In this document: positions 13,901 to 56,000 of the stretch, in pieces
Numbering within the stretch: the first letter of the stretch is position 1
How the letters are laid out: every line of letters begins with the position of its first letter
Assembly: GCA_039621445.1 (NCBI GenBank)
Contig: CP154954.1
Location: 30,198,395-30,262,394, forward strand
Reading direction: 5' to 3'
Length of the DNA: 64,000 nucleotides
Source of the DNA: Euglena gracilis
Lineage: Eukaryota
Program-made: the position numbers and the translations under genes
Notes under the pieces: model-generated
What the model was told of the DNA's origin: nothing
What the model saw: only the letters and a program-made list of their open reading frames with translations
Database searches by the model: none

Positions 13901-14684
13901 CAAAAAGGTGTCCTCTGACCGGGGGGGTGGTCGTTGGACAAGGGGTCAAAAAAAATGTTGGCGGGTAATCGGGACCCCACCCCCCAAAAAAGGTCAAATT
14001 TTCCCTTCCAGCGCTTTGCGCCGAAAATTTTGGGCAATTTTGACAAATTTTTGTCCAAAAAGTGCCAAAAATGGCATTTGGGCCAATTTTTGACCAATTT
14101 GGGGCACAAAAATTTTCGGCCCGGCGCTTTGCGCCGGGACCAAAATTTTCGCCAAACCTCCAAAAAGGTGTCCTCTGACCGGGGGGGGTGGTCATTGGAC
14201 ATAGGGGGGTCGTTGGACATAGGGGGGGGGGGGGTACAACAGTGCCCCCTTGCCACAACCACCCCTGAGAGCCACAATAAATGTCCAAAACTTCAGGAAA
14301 AGGCCGGGATGGAGAGGGGGGTGAATGCGCACCTGCGCATTCACTGGGCACCACAAAACAGGGGGACAGCGACAGGTACAACGCCTTCACTGGACGAGGG
14401 TGCCGCCCCGAAAAACAGCGTTTCGTGTCGCATCGGCTCCGCTTGACGAGGTGTTTCCCCCTGCCGGTGGATGTCAAAGCAGGTCTCCCAAAAGTGAAAA
14501 AAGTCGGATTCCTCAAAGAAATCCTCACGACGCCGGAAGTCGTGGTACACATTTCCACTTGATCACCTCGACTTGACGGGTGCGCCGCCCCGTCAAGTGA
14601 TGGCAATGCACTTGGTCACAAAAGAATGCGCAGGTGCGCAAAAAAAACCACCCAAAATGAAAAGTGCATTCCCGGCCGTCTAAG
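10933..14684. mobile_element. 3.75-kb non-autonomous TIR element with CTTAG...CTAAG ends
   Basis: CTTAGACGGCCGGGAGTGCACTTTTC vs GAAAAGTGCATTCCCGGCCGTCTAAG; dispersed aatgcgcacctgcgcatt-type motifs inside; no intact transposase ORF recognised. Confidence 0.75.
13816..14242. mobile_element. MITE nested in the 10933-14684 element
   Basis: Inverted ends TACCCCCCCCCTATGTCCAACGACC / GGTCGTTGGACATAGGGGGGG...GGGTA; repeated tctgaccggggggggtggtcgttggaca motif, also seen at ~9880-9930. Confidence 0.7.
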
Positions 14685-15709
14685 TGCAAAGCGTCTGGCA
14701 TTCATTGGGGGTTCAGGATCTCCGTGGGCATCATCGTAGCGGTGGGGTGCATGCATCGAATTGAAGCCAGCAAAGTGGGTTGGTGGCACAAGTGTGGCCC
14801 ACGGCATCCCTTGGGGAGGTGTTCCGGGAGCCATTGGGCCCAGGCTGTGCTTCTAGCCAACTGCAGCTGGGGGCTCTGTTTCTCTGTTAAGGTGGCTGCC
14901 TTTCGTCCAAAATGGGCAAAAATGAGACTTTCCCAGGCTGCCGACCACCACCCGCCCAGGGGACGTTTAAACCCCTTTAAAAAATCACTCTCATAATCAC
15001 TCTCGCAAAAAAAATATATAGCATTGCTGGAAATTTCTGGCATTGCTGCAACATTTTCTATCCACCCAAACTCGAAATAATAATAATGATAATAATGATA
15101 ATAACGATGATAATGATAATGATAATGATAATGATAATGGGTTTCTTGGCGTTTTATTTTGGACCTCATTTGATGCGCTTGACCACCCTTGGAAAACAGA
15201 ACCCTAAAATCTTAAATAGCCTCAAAAAATCGAGAACCATAAAAAAATTTCCTTTAAACCCTTGAAAACCTTTCAAACCTTGAGAATTTTTCACCGTAAA
15301 AATAATACCTGGGGGTGTTGGGGACAGTGGCTAACCCCCCCACAATATAACGCCCCCGGTTTTATATTTGGACGGGATTTCAAGACCCTAAGGAAGGCTT
15401 TATATTGGGGGGGGGGTATTTTGGGGGGATCAAACTTTTTTGGGTGGCCCCTATGACCTTCGGCAGCCTTCAAATTGTGGCCAAATCCCAATTGTATGCC
15501 AAATTTTTGTTGTGTACCTCCCATTTTCCGTAAAAATGTGCAATTCTTATCTAAATGAAGCATCTCTGGTGAAAAAAATGTTGTCCCCACCCAAAAATGA
15601 CACCAGTGTCTGGCTCCACATCAAGGGGGGGGGCTTTATATTTGGGGGGGGGTTACTGGACAGGAGGCGGCCTTGCCCCCTTTTTGTGAAAGAATCCAGC
15701 CTGGTCGGG

Positions 15710-34435
<18,726 letters not shown>

Positions 34436-34565
34436 CTGCGTCATTGATACAAGAAAGAGAGAGAGGGGGAGGAGAAAGAAAACGAACCTGAGGCGAATAA
34501 TATAAGAATAATGGGGCATGGGGCACGTGGATGACACCCATACACAACACATAACACACAACACA

Positions 34566-34658
34566 CTTAGGCCGGGAACATCAGGGGTCTTTGATGCTGT
34601 CTCAATGGCCGGGACGCAGGCCTGCTCAATGATTTCCTGGTATTCCCGGCCGTCTAAG
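34566..34658. mobile_element. 93-bp mini-element of the CTTAG family inserted in a (CA)n tract
   Basis: CTTAGGCCGGGAA...ATTCCCGGCCGTCTAAG; right end is 17/17 identical to the end of the 10933-14684 element. Confidence 0.65.
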
Positions 34659-35813
34659 ACACACAACACACAAGGCACACACATGCACGCACACACATCT
34701 TAGGTGTGAGGCATGGGTTCGACCCAGGCTGACTGGGTGGCAGGAGTGCCCACCCCTCTCCCCCACGTCTTTCTCTCTCTTCAAAAAAAAATTATTTCCC
34801 GAGGCTGGTTTCCCATGAGCACAGAGTGGGAACACAAGACAAGCCCAAAGAAAGGAAAGGAAAGGAAAGGAAAGGGGAAAAAAAGAAAATGAAGGGGGCA
34901 AATGCAGCATCCCGCTAAAGCTAAAGCATTTTGCAAAGACAACGTCGAAAAAAGGACATTTCAATTGGGTCTTAATAAAATAATAATTCAACTTCTGTTT
35001 AATGGCTCTTTAACAGTTGTAGTTTGTGCTCCGCGGGGCTCATGCTGCGGCACACAATTTTTCTTGCCGCGGTGGTCGCAGACAAGCAAATTATTGCCAT
35101 GATGGTCGCAGCACAACGAAACAATTTTGCTGCGGTGGTCGCGGCGCAGGCAATTACATTGCCGCGGTGCACGAAATGGAAATTCTTCAGAGCAGTGCAG
35201 CACCCAACAATATTACCAGTGCAGATAACCTGTGTAAGTAAATCACAATGCCAGCACAAAATCTCACTCCCTGCCACCTAACACCCATCTCCATCATGGT
35301 CGAGAAAGCATCAAAGAGGCCAGACAGGGGGCAAGATGGTGATGGTTTCTGCAGCACAGAAAAAAAAACTGAAAATTGCCGCGGCGGTCACGGCACAAGC
35401 TTCAAAGAGTTCTGCGGCGGTCGCGGCACACATTTTGCGGTCGCGGAACACAAAAAAAATAGCTGCGGCGCTGTTGGTTGCAAAAAAAAAATCCCACGGT
35501 GGTCGCGGCGCATAGAAACAATTTTTTCGAACAATTTTTTCGATCGCACCTACAAGTCTGCTCTTTTTTGGTTTCGTTCGATGTGCAATGGCATTGCTAA
35601 GCTTTCATTTCATTTCCTTATAAACTGATCGTCATTATTCTAACAATTAAAAGCCCCCTCGGGCTGACAGCCAAAAATCCAAACAACAACCCCCCCCCCC
35701 CCCCCCGCAGGGCCAGCCAAAACCCAGCCCAAAAAATGGAGGGAAAACGTGCGATATCTGGCCAAAAGCCCACTTTGGGGAAAGCTGATATCTGGCACCT
35801 TTGGACCATTGGC

Positions 35814-35997
35814 GGACGGCTGAGGCTGGTCCGGGGATTTAACAGGGTCGAAATGAAAGAACAGTCGAAAACCCTGACTTTGACGTTTGATGTTATGGGG
35901 ATAGCCAAATCCCCATAACATCAAACGTCAAAGTCAGGGTTTTCGACTGTTCTTTCATTTCGACCCTGTTAAATCCCCGGACCAGCCTCAGCCGTCC
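35814..35997. repeat. Perfect inverted repeat, 89-bp arms with 6-nt loop
   Basis: 35814-35902 is the exact reverse complement of 35909-35997; loop agccaa. Confidence 0.95.
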
Positions 35998-36820
35998 TTT
36001 GGCCGAGGTAAAGAGGGGTACCAAAATAGAAGCCCCCTCCCTCAGACTGTCCACAGTGCGACCGAATAGTAGCCCCAGGGGGCTTCTAATTGGGGGGTTA
36101 ACTTAATTGCTGCCTTTAAAAACATCGCACTCCTCGCCGTTTTCCAAAGTTATGATACACATAGAATTTTTGCGTAAAAATTAAATGAAAATGCACAAAA
36201 AATTAAAAAAAAAACATCAAAAGTAAAATGCAAACAATGTTGTCAAAGCTGTCAAGAATGAAAGGTGAATACATTGCTCCGATGCGCTGGAGATCTGTCC
36301 AGTAAAAAATATAACAGATATACGCGATAGGCATCCCAGGGATGCGTTGAACAGAATGTACTACCTCGCATGGCGTGGGGCGCTGGAAAGATGAGGAGGC
36401 CGGCAGCCGGGCCCACATGACACAAGCACGGAGGGGACAGTGCAGGGGACGTTGCGGCACTGGGCAGGCGGAGCCGCACGTGTCTCCCCAAGCGGACGGG
36501 CACCGCATTGGACACCGAACCAACAGTGGCGGGGCTGTGCTGGCACTGGTTGGGACCCCAGAACCCAGTTCCACATCCACAACCCGGATGGCATGGATGG
36601 TGGCCGAACAGGTGTCATGTTGATATCAGAAATTATGTGGAGGAGATATCCCGTTTCAGAATGGAAAAAAGAAACACTTGCCACAGTCTTGTGTATAATC
36701 ACCCTTGAATCGGCACATACGTGTGCATCATTCCTGGGGTGTGCAGCGCCAGCACATGAGCCGGTGAGAAGAAGGGGGCGGTGCTCTAACACACTGGTGC
36801 GAGGTTGGGCCGGGGGAGGC

Positions 36821-46961
<10,141 letters not shown>

Positions 46962-46993
46962 TGGGTGTGGGGCCCACGGTAGGGCGGGGCAGG

Positions 46994-47035
46994 CTGAGAG
47001 AAACACAAACGGGGGGAGAAGGGAGGGGATGGGGG
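46994..47035 (-). promoter_or_regulatory. Putative spliced-leader trans-splice acceptor of the fibrillin-like gene
   Basis: Long pyrimidine tract ending TTTCTCTCAG, 32 nt before the ATG at 46961. Could alternatively be a cis acceptor for an upstream exon at ~47107-47155. Confidence 0.45.
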
Positions 47036-48072
47036 CGAGAGGCTGAGCACTTCGGGCGCCGGAAACACCGCGCGGCCGACCGGCACCCCAGCCGAACAGC
47101 AAGAACCTTTGGGGTGGTAACAGGTGTTGAGGGAGGGGGGCGCCATGGCGGACATGGTCAGTGCAGGGCGGTACTTAACGGGAAAAAAACCTTCTTGTCC
47201 CAGTCAATGAAAAAATCATATGAAAAATGGACAAAAAATGGCCATATTTTGGTAAACATGGGGCGACTTCGGGAAAAAAATGTGATGATGATGTGATTTC
47301 TGGCAACCTTGATCCATCCACCCAAAACGGCAAAAAAAAAGCGTTTTTCAACGTTTTCACCAGATCAGCCGTTGGCCGTCCCTTAGCTTAAGGGCGGTCC
47401 TCAAGGGACAGTCCTTGAGAAGGAAAAAAAAAATCCCATCCCTTATGGACCGGAGGGCAAATACGCACATGGGCAATGTGGGCAAATTGCATATGGCAAT
47501 ATGGAGGGAGTACTCCTGACCCACAAAGTAGGACCGGTCACACACAGACACCAAGAATGCCTCCCACGCAGGTGAGACGCGAACCAGGATGGAAAGGGAG
47601 GGAGGGGGAGGGCGGCAACGCGGCAGGGGTAAAGGCTAGGGTGGCAAGCGGGGCCAACGTGCGTGTGAGCGGGTCCGCGACGAGGACAGAACAAAAGCTT
47701 GGCCTGATGGCGAGGGAGGAGGTGTCCGCCCACAGCTAACACAGACATTCAGAACCCCTGCCAAATAATTAGTTGCCGACGGAAGAACCAGCAGGAGAAC
47801 ACTTTTCTATATATTCCTTACTGTTTTTGTAATCATTACTAATTAGACTGTTTCACATTTTTCAATTGTTTCATTTTCAATCATTTGATATTCCAAAATT
47901 TAGCATATCCCCCCCTAACTGCCTGGGGATTTCCCCTGTGGCTCGCATGATTCACATTCGCCCTGGAGAGGGGGCAGCCCTGCGATTGCAAAGGCAGGGC
48001 GATGCCCGGGCCGGTCCGTGTGAACCCCGGGGCCGGGGGAGGAGGCTGGGGTGGGCTGTGAGCGGCGGGGGG

Positions 48073-51002
48073 TCATCGACCGCGCCCGCCCTGGTTGGCC
48101 CGGAAGAGGGCCAGCCCCTCCGCCAGCGACCGGCGTGTCAGCCCGTCGTGCCCCAGCAGGACGAAGGTCACCCCCGGGGGCAGGGGGGCCGGTGGGGGCG
48201 GCTTTGGGGGGCCAAGGTGTGGATGGGGAGGTGGACTTCGGGTTTCGGTCAGAAACGTGACAAATGTGACTTTCAGCCCGGGGAATGGAGTTTCCGTTTT
48301 ACGCTTCATATCGTGGTTGCTGAGATTGGGAGATCTGGTCGCTGGGTCGCATTTGCCGAATGCAGTTTGCAGGACGGAAGTATGACCTTTCACCGGTTCC
48401 AATGTCTAATACTACACACTTGAAATGAGCAAAGAATCATCTTCAACGTGAAGGGAATACTTTGAATTAAATCTGATCCATTTTTAATAGAAAATAATAA
48501 ATTACCTTCTTCAATATATACGTGCGCCCTGCGACATTTTACTTCATTTATCTCCCTCGCTTTTTCTATTGTGGAAACATTTGAGAGGGGAAAATAGCGG
48601 CACTCTTTGGGACAGGGACCCCCTGCACAACTGGGCCACCTCTCTGTTGCATCCAGGACACTGCTTGTCCTCAGGCAAGAAGGGGGGGGGGGGGGGCTAC
48701 ACATTTTCCAAGGAAAGCAGAAACTCGATGCTGATAGAAGCCATGCCTAGAATGCTCATTATGCTTGTTTGAGTAAAGACCTGGTTTTGGCTCTCGTCGT
48801 CGAAGAACAGCATTTCACTGTACAGGGCCAAGGCGATGCGGCGCCCCCGAGAACCAGTGGGGCTGGGCCACCTTGAGCACGCATCACCGCGGGAGGTTTG
48901 CCCTCCATCCGCCGCAGAGTTTGTGCCATGTGCCAGCGTTTATCAGACGTGCGTGGTGATGTTTTGAACTGTCAGTACTCATACTCCCGAGCCTTTGGTC
49001 CCCATCTTCATGGTTGCCAGCCAGTCCTTGGCCCCGTTACCTCCGACAGTGGGCTTGTCAGGACCGCTCCGCCTTGCACCCCCCAGCCTGCTGTCCCCCA
49101 GCCCGCCTCATTTCGGGCCAAGCCCCGTGGCCCATACCGTGGTCCCTCCCCTCCCTCCCCACCCCAACCCCCCCAAACCCCAGCCACTTCCGTTCGGCCG
49201 TCCTCCTTGCGCGGGATGCCGGTGCGTTGGTGCAGCCGCCGGAAGTGGGTCAGCTTGGAGCCGGGGTAGACCTCCCGGTGGTCCGCCACGGACCACATCG
49301 TGTGCTGGGGGCTGGCGGCTCGGCGGCTCGGCGGCAACGAACAGCGGGCGCAAATCCCCGGTGGGACGAGCCCCCCTCCCACCCCCCTCCATCAGAGAGA
49401 ATTTCCAAGCTGGGTTCGCTTCCTGTTGTCACACGCTGGGAAATGAAGTCGGTTTCAGAAAAAAAAATTGCCGGATGTGGAAAATGGTGACAGGGGCGTG
49501 GGCCAGGTCGGGAGTCCGCCAGTCGGACCAGTCCGCGGCAGGGCGCCATGCCACCCGTGGGACCACTGGGCGGGTTGGCGTTGGGGAGCCCCCAGCCAGC
49601 AGGGCCCCCTGGCCGGGCGGCCTCCTCCGCCCACGCGGGCTCCTCGGTGCGGCTGACGTACGCCAGCTGCACCTCCGGGTTGGCGTGCAGCTCCAGCAGG
49701 ATGCTGGGCACGTCGGCGCCGCGGCCCCCTTTAGGCAAGGGGGGGGGGACTCCTCCAAGTGCCATATATTGCCTCCGTATCACCGCGCCATGAGGTAAAT
49801 GTCGAAAATAATAACATGAATGATGGATGGAATAAGGTGATAAAAATAATAATAAAAACACACAAAATAAATGTAACAACGATAACATACCAAAAAAAAA
49901 AACGGTCCCACTTTTAAAACGACCCAGGGTCTTTGGTTGGTCAGGTTAAACCTCAAGGCCCAGACTGTGTTTTTGTCTGGGACGACGGAGGTGCAGCCTT
50001 GAACTTCACTCCTGCAGAGCCCACTGAGCGAATGCTCTGGTTGACGATAACGACAGGGTTTAACACGCCCAGCTCAAACCCAGAATTCTGAGGTAAATGC
50101 ACAGTCTATGCATCCAGCATAAACTATGAATCCAGTTTGTAGATCTGGATCTGTAAACTGGATCCAAAGCTATCCACGTGGATAGATAAACCCGCCCCCC
50201 CCCAAATAGAAGCACGGGGTTGCTACAAGCGCAGGGTCCAAATAAAAGCGCACCCCCCCCCCGTCGTCGAAGGCGGCAGTCCGCTCCAAGCGCACCCCCC
50301 ATTTTGCTGGGGCTTCTAACTGTCTAAAGGAATTCAACAAAAATCGGGCAGGAAGGGTCCAAATAGAAGCGCACCCCCCCCCCCGCCGCCAGAGGCGGCA
50401 GTCCACTATATTTTCACCCACGCTTTTATTAGGGGGGGGGGTTATGGATCTATCCATATGGATAATGGATAGATAGGGCGACTTTGGGCCCTATCTATTT
50501 AGGCCTTTATTAGCCCTGACTTTCGGTTGAATTTAGGGCCGAATTAGCATTTCATGCAAAGCCTAACCCCCACTCAAATGCCAACCCAACACCCAATCTA
50601 GAGGCAAAAAAAAGTGAAACAATCTATGTGTGAATTAAGTCCACACTTTGTCAATTTAGGCCAAAAAATAGTTTTGTCAAAATTTGGTCCTCCATTAGGC
50701 TAATATTGTAACCCTACTCCAAAAAAACCCCCTGCCATAATACATAATTAATGAATAAATTGACAGGATGAAACTTGTGACCCCCAAAGGGTCTCAAGGC
50801 TTGTTTGAAGGAGTAGAGCTAGGATTTTTGGTCCAAAAACTAGGTCTATGAATGCTAATCCTTCAATAAATCTGAGACCTCTTTTGGGGGAGACAAATTT
50901 CACCTTGCTTAATATTAATACATAATGTAAATAATACTGAATACGTAAAAATAATAAAAATGAATATTGAACATATACATGTGTTATTATAATATTATGA
51001 AC

Positions 51003-51041
<39 letters not shown>

Positions 51042-51358
51042 ATAATATATATATATATATGTATTATTTAATAAAAATAAATTGGTTAAAAAAAATGGAA
51101 ATGTAAGCATATGCACATATCATGCTCAGGTTTCTTCATGATTTGAGGGGTGCCTCCCTCCACCACCACGCCCGAAATCGCCCGAATGGAAGGGCAGCCG
51201 TGGCCAGGGAACAGCTCCACCGCCTCGCCGCTGCCGTCCACCACGCCCCGGGCTGTCTGCCGGAATGGCGGATGGCGGTGCGTGTCGACCCAGAACGGCC
51301 ACAGCGTGTAGTCGATGTCGAGGGCCACCAGCCGGGGCATCCGGTCGCCACCCGCCAT
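48073..51358 (-). CDS. MDP1: Magnesium-dependent phosphatase 1 (HAD-superfamily, MDP-1)
   Basis: Exons (minus): 51206-51358, 49615-49714, ~49510-49533, 49213-~49305, 48787-48823, 48629-48648, 48073-48175. Translation shows PRLVALDIDYTLWPFWVDTH (DxDxT motif I), VSRT (motif II), EVYPGSKLTHF, MLFFDDESQNREVAQLGVTF (motif IV) and GLTRRSLAEGL, typical of MDP-1. One junction (~49305-49510) is unresolved. Confidence 0.92.
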
Positions 51359-51375
51359 GGGGGTTGGGCAGGGCG

Positions 51376-51395
51376 CTGGGCCAGAGAGAAGGAAC
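51376..51395 (-). promoter_or_regulatory. Putative spliced-leader trans-splice acceptor of MDP1
   Basis: Minus strand GTTCCTTCTCTCTGGCCCAG: a pyrimidine tract ending in AG, 17 nt before the ATG at 51358. Confidence 0.5.
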
Positions 51396-53043
51396 GGGCC
51401 CCCGGTGACGGTTCTTCGGTGGCCTAACTCACACTTAGCTTTGAAAGCGACTGAAAAAATTGCGCCAACGTGGAATCTTGCAAAGAATTCTGTTCCCGAC
51501 TGAGAACCCTGATGTAGAATGGAAATTTCAGAGTTGTGTTGCGCCTTGTTTACGAGGCGCAGGTATATAGCACAACCCTAACGCTAAACCCAAATCATTG
51601 TATTATAAGCACAAAGCTCTGGATATATGCATGAATGTAAACACATGCACGCATATAGAAATCATTTTCATGGGGGTTTTGCCGGATTGATAAAAAAAAA
51701 ATGGTGGGCATTTTTTTTTCACAAGGATTTGGCTCCGAGGCTGCTGTTCAGGGAACTGTCAATCAGCTCCTTTTCGTGTTTCTTTTCACACGTTTATCGT
51801 GATACTCAAGTTTCAAAACATCGTCTCTGTCGATCGCCAAAAAAAAAAACTGGGAAACTGGGAAAGGAGCTTTGGGACATCTCCCTATCTATGTGCTATC
51901 AATGGATGAACACATGGGGGAAAAATGAACTAAATAACCTGATTCAGTGGCTTTGCTTCAATTGCAAAAGAAACTCTGCCAATCAAAAATCAAGAGAAAA
52001 TCTCACACTTATCCGGAAGAACTTCATAGGCTAAAGAAACCAAAAAAAAAACTGAATCCAAACTGAAGATGCGTGGGAAAAGTGGGGTACATAGTGTGTG
52101 AACAGAGTAGAATGCAATGGAGTTTGGGCGGGTAAAGTTGGGCAGCAGTCGCTGAGCCTGTGGACCCCTGTGGCGTGCCTCCTTGTACTTTGTTGTGTAG
52201 GGCACGGCCAAAGTAAAAAAAAAAGGGACAAAACAAGAAGGGCCTCTCAGTTACCTTGATTCCTTCTAAACTTGCAAATCAGAATTTGCTTTGAGTGCAG
52301 ATGGGAACTAAAAAAAATGGCTTGTTGAAAATCGAGCATCCTTTGTCTTCGGGAAGTTCTGAAGCACGAGTGGCACCTCTCGTTGAAATTAAGAGAAAAG
52401 CTGAAAATAATGTCATTATTCCTTCTCAAAACAACCAACGAATGACCAAAAATCATCACTTTTTCCCAATCCCTAACTCAAAGGTGGAGCAAAAAGAGGT
52501 GCACGTGGTGATTTGAATTTTGACGGCATTTTGTGGTGTGCGACATAAAACTGCAGGAAGATGCTGCTTCAGAGTCAAAGCCGTTTTGCAACCTGACAAA
52601 CCGCTGCCCGGGATTGCAGGGAAGATTGGGAAAGGGCAGGTCAGCGATGCCAAACGACGGTGGAGAAGAGAACTAGAGTACAAGGAAAGGAGGTGGGGAG
52701 GGCTTTGCTTCCCACCTGGGGGTTGGCCAGCTACGCAGCCCGCAGGTTGGGGGTCAGGCAACACCCCAACGATCAGTACTCGGCAGAAGTCTGGGTCCGA
52801 CACCTTGCCAGTGGGACAGCGCGCAGAAGAGCGGTGTTGAGCAGCCCATGCTGTTTTGTGTGACCTGACACGAACGACCACGCCATGTAGTGACAGTGTG
52901 TTGTGTGGCAATGATTGGTTGATTGTGTGGGAATGCTGTGTGGTCGACCAACAGGAGGTGGGGGGGGTCGGCGAAGCCCCGTGGGTAGACCTGATCCGTG
53001 GGTAGACTCCCCCACCCACCCATAGGATTTCCAGGATTCCCAT

Positions 53044-56000
53044 TCAGCTCTGACGTGGCAGCCGGGGCGGGATGAGCTCGCCCTTCAGCTTCTTGACGAG
53101 GTCGTCCGGCACGTCGGAAAGGGTGTGCATGATGGCCCCGTCCACACCATTGCTTTCTGACTCCTGGGGGGGGGGGGCTTTCCACTTTCAATCACTTTTC
53201 AACTAGTCGATCACTTTTCAAAAACAAAACCCGGGGGGGGGGGGGGCAGTCACATTGGCCACTTGGCCAAAATGCCCAAAGTCAAAAGGATTTCTGCCAA
53301 AATCAAAAAAAATGGTGCTTTCGGCGCTATGGGGCCACTTTCGGCCATTGCCAGCCAACGTCACCCCCCCGGGGGGTCTGGAGCCAAAAACCAGTCAGCC
53401 ACTCCGACAAAACCAAAAAAAAATCAGCCAAATCTCCCCCGGGGATACACCTAAGCAACGGAATGGCTCCGACCCCGGTCCGGAACCGCGCCATGCCCGT
53501 CCCCACCGGCCGCCGGTCCGACCGGGCCCCAGCCCGCCGCTGGTGCTCGGGTCGGTGCAGCTCCATTAGCCCCACCGTTCCACATGCCACCAGCCAGTGC
53601 AGCCGACGGGAGGGGTTCAGGAGAGTTGGGCATTCCAGACTCTGTCAATTTGGGGGGCATGTTTGCATGCATGTGCATGTTTTTGCAGATGTGTGAATAC
53701 ATGGTGTGTGTGCGCGCGTGTCTGTTGTGCACGTATGTGTACTTGTGTGCGGGTGTGTCTGTCCATCTGTCTGTGTGTTGTGTGCGTGCGTGTCTCCACA
53801 CACGTGCATGGATGATAGGTGCATGGGTCAATGGGAGGGCCTTTGGCGGCCCAGTCTAATGCCCCGCAACCATGAAATTTACTAACCCCCCCCCAAATAA
53901 CCTGGCGGGGGCCGTGCTCCTGGCAGTGGCCGAATAACTCGGCAGGGGGGCGGGGCAAAAAAGATGGTTCCACCCCCCCCTTTAAGGCAATATCCCTTTA
54001 CGACGCTGAAAAAAAGGGCCCAAATACCCTGGCAGGGGGGCAGGGCCAAAAGGTGGTTCCAATAACCTGGCACCGCCAGGCTATTTGGGAGGGGGTTTAG
54101 GTCGAGGTGGCCAAGGAAGCCCAGGAGGAACGATGCTCAGGAAGCGCAGCTTAGAGAGGAGCTCCTGGGCGTCCCGCTTCGTCAGGCACTCAATGCGGTC
54201 GGTGGGGGTCTGCTTGTTCTTGTAGTCCACCTCCAGGTACAGGGGCCGTGTCGGGTCGGTGGCATCCCAGTCCAGCCGGGATCAAAAATAATGGTGGTCC
54301 AATACAAAAAAAATTAAATGACCACACAAAAACCATTCGACATTTTCGCCAAATATTCAACAAATGGTCGAAAACCTAGCTCAAAGTCGTTGGAAAACTA
54401 AACGACCGAAGGAGGGGTTGAGTGAGGCAAAAAACTCACCTCACCCCGTATGGTCAAGTTTGGCAAAGTAATTGCATGTTTTTTAGAATTCAAGCCGCAC
54501 CCAGAATTTTTCAAGAACTCAAGGTAGGGGTGATTTCCAAACAAAGGAGAATTCAAAGGTTGGTTGCAAATTTGTTGGAGCTGAAAAACAGCCAAACGAC
54601 ATATTTTGTGGGAGCACTTTTCGATGATGACGGCGTTGGTGCATCAACAATCCCTGATCATCCATTTTTGTTGGAGGAACTTTCAAAGTGGTCAAAAAGC
54701 ACTAGCACAACGTCAATTTGACAAAGTGCGACTTTTTTGGGAGAAAGCCTTGAGAACCTTGGCTTTTTAGTGCAATGGAGATCATGGAGGTCAAGTGAGA
54801 AAGATCAAAAAATGGAATATGCCATAATGTCCAAACATATGATATCTGTGAGGTGTATAATGCCCAAACTCCACCATCCATTCCTGCAAGTCATTGATAC
54901 ACTGCCCAGCCTCACTGCCTCAGGGACAACAGAATGGTCAGGCTGCCGGATGGCCTCGATGTCCTCGATGCCGCGATCAAAGACAACCATTAGCCCCCAC
55001 TGCTTGCAGCAGGAGGGGGGCAGCCGGCAAAGAGGCACATTGGCGCAGGGGTTTTCTTAATGACCGGGGGGGGGTCCTGCGGGCTGGCTGGACCCCCCCC
55101 AGCAGCCAGCCAGCCAGCTGGCAGCTGGACCCGGCGGGTACCCCAAAAACAGGCAAAAAGGTCTAAAATTAACGTTGGCATTTTTCAGCCAAAATTTTGT
55201 GGTAAAGACCCAAAACCGACCCAAAAATGCCATTTTTAGGCCATTTTTGACCCTTTTTTCCCCAAAAGTTTCCTGGGCGTTTGCGCTTTTCGGTCCAGCC
55301 CAGCTTTGCCGGGCTGGATCCAACATTAGGTCAGCAGACCACCAGGAGAAGGGGCCCGCAGCCCGACTGGGAGGGAAAGAAGCGCTGGCTGGCTGGGCCC
55401 ACCTTCTGGGGTCCCCTCCAGCTGGAGAAAACCCCTGACCAGGCGGCGTGGGGCTCACAAATCAGACCGCTTGAGGGGTTCCCCGGGTCCCTCAAGGGGA
55501 CTCGTGCTCTGCTGACAGAAGTCGGGGGGGGCACTCTCACCGTCCTTAGTGAGCCACTGCGCGATTTGAGCAGCGAAAGCCTGAAACCAGCCAAACCAGT
55601 CCTGAGGCTTGGGCGGGGGCAGGGGCGGGGGGTTGGGCGGGATGCTGGGTGCGGCGGACGCTGCCGACCAGCGTCTTCTCCCGCTTGGGCATCATGTTGT
55701 AGATGGTGCTGCGGTCCATGCCCAGGATGCGGTGCTGGCGCACCCCCCACTTGTTGATCTTGATGACGTGGAACTCCTGGCGGCGGGCGGGGGGAGCAAT
55801 GTTGACGATAATGTATTTGAGGGGGTTCAGAGATTTTTGGTAGATTACCGGACCCAGCCATGTTTGGATGGGATGACCCCCCCCAATAAAGCCCCCCCCC
55901 CCCAATAATCCCCAGGGTTTTTACAGAAAAATAAAACCAGAATTATGCCACCCCGGGTGACCTGAGCTCGAACGTCGTGACTAATTTGCTACCCATCAGG

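Noticed and set aside
34566-34658. Apparent exon DGREYQEIIEQACVPAIETASKTPDVPG
   Set aside because: It coincides exactly with a CTTAG-family mini-element with inverted ends; exonisation is possible but unsupported.
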